Virus record (IMG/VR): IMGVR_UViG_3300028048_000050
Location: 83,494-147,493 of that record
Length of the DNA: 64,000 bases
Source: a virus
Taxonomy: Duplodnaviria > Heunggongvirae > Uroviricota > Caudoviricetes
Reading direction: 5' to 3' (one strand)
In this document: positions 62,101 to 64,000 of the stretch, piece after piece
How the letters are laid out: the number at the start of each line of letters is the position of its first letter
Numbering within the stretch: the first letter of the stretch is position 1
Notes under the pieces: generated by a model
Told to the model about the DNA's origin: nothing
The model's input: only the letters and a program-made list of their open reading frames with translations
Databases searched by the model: none
Position numbers and translations under genes: made by a program

Positions 62101-62530
62101 TCCATTTGAAAGTGGACAAAATTATTAGTTTGATGCTATAATTGATGGAGAAGAATATGATGTTGTTTATAGTGAAACTAATAACGGAAAAATAATGGAA
62201 TTAACTCCTAAATAGAATCAGAATGAACAAATTAATAGTTACTCAGAAGTTGATCCAAATAATTTAAATATAGATAGAGCTAAAGAATTTTTAACTTAGT
62301 TATCTAATTCTTCAGAATCTTTAAAAGATCTTATAAATCCAATATTATTAGGAAATCCAGATACTTTGGTTGAAGAGACATTAGAACTTTTAAATTCAGA
62401 TTTCTTTAAAATGATTTTAGAAGAAGAAAATTTGGATATTTCTTAGTTTAATGATATTTTAACTTTTGAATAGATGCCTAATTAGAATTAGGATATGTGT
62501 AATTTATCAATTAAAATTAATTTTGTATGA
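53120..62530 (+). CDS. giant internal protein with SF1 helicase-like domain, 3136 aa
   Basis: N-terminus 'MPKQNDLILTLLANPQFTTEDFQEVGL'. Walker A GVAGSGKTT (57776), DEAQ (58133), GDLQQ (58217), YTGITRAK (58841), and a Pro-rich linker near 59060-59215. TGA 62528-62530. Confidence 0.8.
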
Positions 62531-64000
62531 GTATAAAATGTACCTTTACACCAACGAAATTTAAATAGGAAGTACTAAAAAAGGTACTTCCTATTTTTAA
62601 AAATCGTCTTAATATGTCAGATAAAGACGTTAGAGATAGTTTATATAATACATTTAAAGATATTTCTGAATAGTTAGGAATTACTGGAATTAGTAAAGTA
62701 GACGAATCATTAGAAATCATAAAAAAAGAAGTTGCTAAATTTTTTAAAAGCGAGCAATGGTTAGATGATAATGATATTAGAGCTGCTTTAACTTAGTGGA
62801 AACACACTCCAATACCTGAAGACAATACAGCTGATCATTTATTAAAAGATAATGAAAAGCTTGAAAGGGTTAATGAAGATCCTTTTGAAACGTATTATTA
62901 GTTTGCTATGAACGCTAAAATTAGGGCTAAATAGTAGGCTAATAAAGTTGGTATACGCTCTATACTCTACAATGAACAAGGAATTATAAATTCTACTAAT
63001 ACATTAAATGAATCTATAAGAAGTAGACAAGAAGAATTATTAAAGGATGTAATAGATTATTTAAAAAGTAGAATACCAGAGGAAAGACAAAATGAACATC
63101 CTGAAATATTTTCTGAAGGAAGAATGTATATTGATAATAAATATACTGGAATTGTAGAAAAAATATAGGAATACTACGGAAGTATTTTAGGTAGCTAGAA
63201 TTTTGATCCAAGAATACTAAATAAATATTATAATGATGAAAATTATAAAGTATTAGACGCTTATAATTCTTGGATAATTCTAAATTATTTTGATACCATT
63301 CTTCAACAAATTTTTGGAAAAGCTATAAGTATAAATCCCGATTTATCTAAATATTCTACTAAAAATAAATATGCTATAGCTGGAGGAAGTAATGTATATG
63401 CAACTTGGAGAACCTCTGAAGAAATAGATATGGGAAAAGAAATAAATAATATAACTTAGGCTATAGTAACCTCTATTCCTTTTATTCCTTATGGTTCTAC
63501 AACACCTTCTCAAAACAATATAAAATTTAATGAATTTTTATATATCATAAGTAAAATAAAAAATCTAATACAAACAGCCAATAATGATTGGACTATTACA
63601 TTTGGAACAAATACAACATTCTCAGAAGATTTTGTAGAAAAATATAATGGAAAATCATTTTTAGAGCTAATAAGTTCTATAAGAACAAATCCTTAGGAAA
63701 TTTTACCTGATATATTTAAATTATTAAATAATGACAATGTTATAAGTGCATTAATAAGTGCTAATGTAATAGAAAGTAATACTTTTTTAAATGTTGATAA
63801 AAGTTTAATTAATTCATTATATGAAGGATTATTTAATGAAGATAATCCTAATAGTTTGTTATCAATATAGAATAAATCTGGATTTGATAATATAAATTAT
63901 TTTGCATTTGTAGCACAAACCATTGATTCAGCGTTCCAATCATCATATTTACAATATTTTAGAAATCAACAAGGTGAAATATTTATTAGAAATATGTATG
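62527..64000 (+). CDS. 3'-truncated giant protein, possibly the virion RNA polymerase-associated polyprotein
   Basis: ATGA overlap and frame 1 open to the window end with TAG=Gln. The product is inferred only from synteny with crAss-like late regions. No catalytic motif lies inside the window. Confidence 0.55.

Larger units (their letters stand above)
1..64000 (+). other. crAss-like phage late/structural region using an alternative genetic code (TAG = Gln)
   Basis: crAss-type major capsid protein and neighbouring structural genes. Consecutive ORF-track fragments fall in one frame, separated only by TAG (e.g. 4108, 4573, 5632, 6982 and 9637 are all in frame 1). TAG aligns with CAA/CAG in internal repeats. 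Confidence 0.95.

Noticed and set aside
4108-62530. Interpreting the many short same-frame ORFs as pseudogenes or degraded prophage
   Set aside because: The interruptions are exclusively TAG, never TAA, TGA or frameshifts, and they fall at Gln positions. This indicates recoding rather than decay.
404-63211. Minus-strand ORFs in the track (e.g. 404..631, 2992..3312, 12458..13018, 53344..53769, 63014..63211)
   Set aside because: All lie antisense to long, motif-bearing + strand genes, have Ile/Ser/Phe-biased shadow composition and show no recognisable motifs.
1-64000. Suppressor tRNA (CUA), release factor or tRNA-synthetase gene
   Set aside because: No cloverleaf or such protein was recognised. 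Intergenic gaps are short and AT-rich. These elements may lie elsewhere in the genome, and a tRNAscan/ARAGORN run is needed.
62527-64000. Firm call as RNA polymerase
   Set aside because: No DxDxD-type or other polymerase motif lies inside the window. The assignment would rest on synteny only.

Overview
64 kb of an AT-rich crAss-like (Crassvirales-type, probably Bacteroidota-infecting) phage genome covering the late/virion region. All supportable genes are on the + strand. The key to the window is that it does not use the standard code. In-frame TAG is a sense codon, almost certainly Gln. Reading TAG as Gln merges the fragmented ORF track into about 45 tightly packed genes that all end in TAA or TGA, many with ATGA/TAATG overlaps. 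Gene order: fibre/receptor-binding region with CotH-kinase-like, LRR, collagen and lectin-like proteins plus a terminator-bounded six-gene accessory operon (1-21.7 kb); capsid module with major capsid protein, ring proteins, a free-standing GIY-YIG endonuclease and two IHF-like genes (21.8-30.9 kb); two large tail proteins (30.9-39.4 kb); then cargo-like proteins, a fibre/Ig-repeat adhesin pair, DUF192, a transglycosylase-holin pair, and giant internal proteins including a 3136-aa protein with SF1-helicase motifs (39.4-64 kb). No tRNA, rRNA, CRISPR array, reverse transcriptase, terminase or portal was recognised in the window. Gene boundaries and codon counts were derived by hand. Family names come from motif recognition, not database searches.
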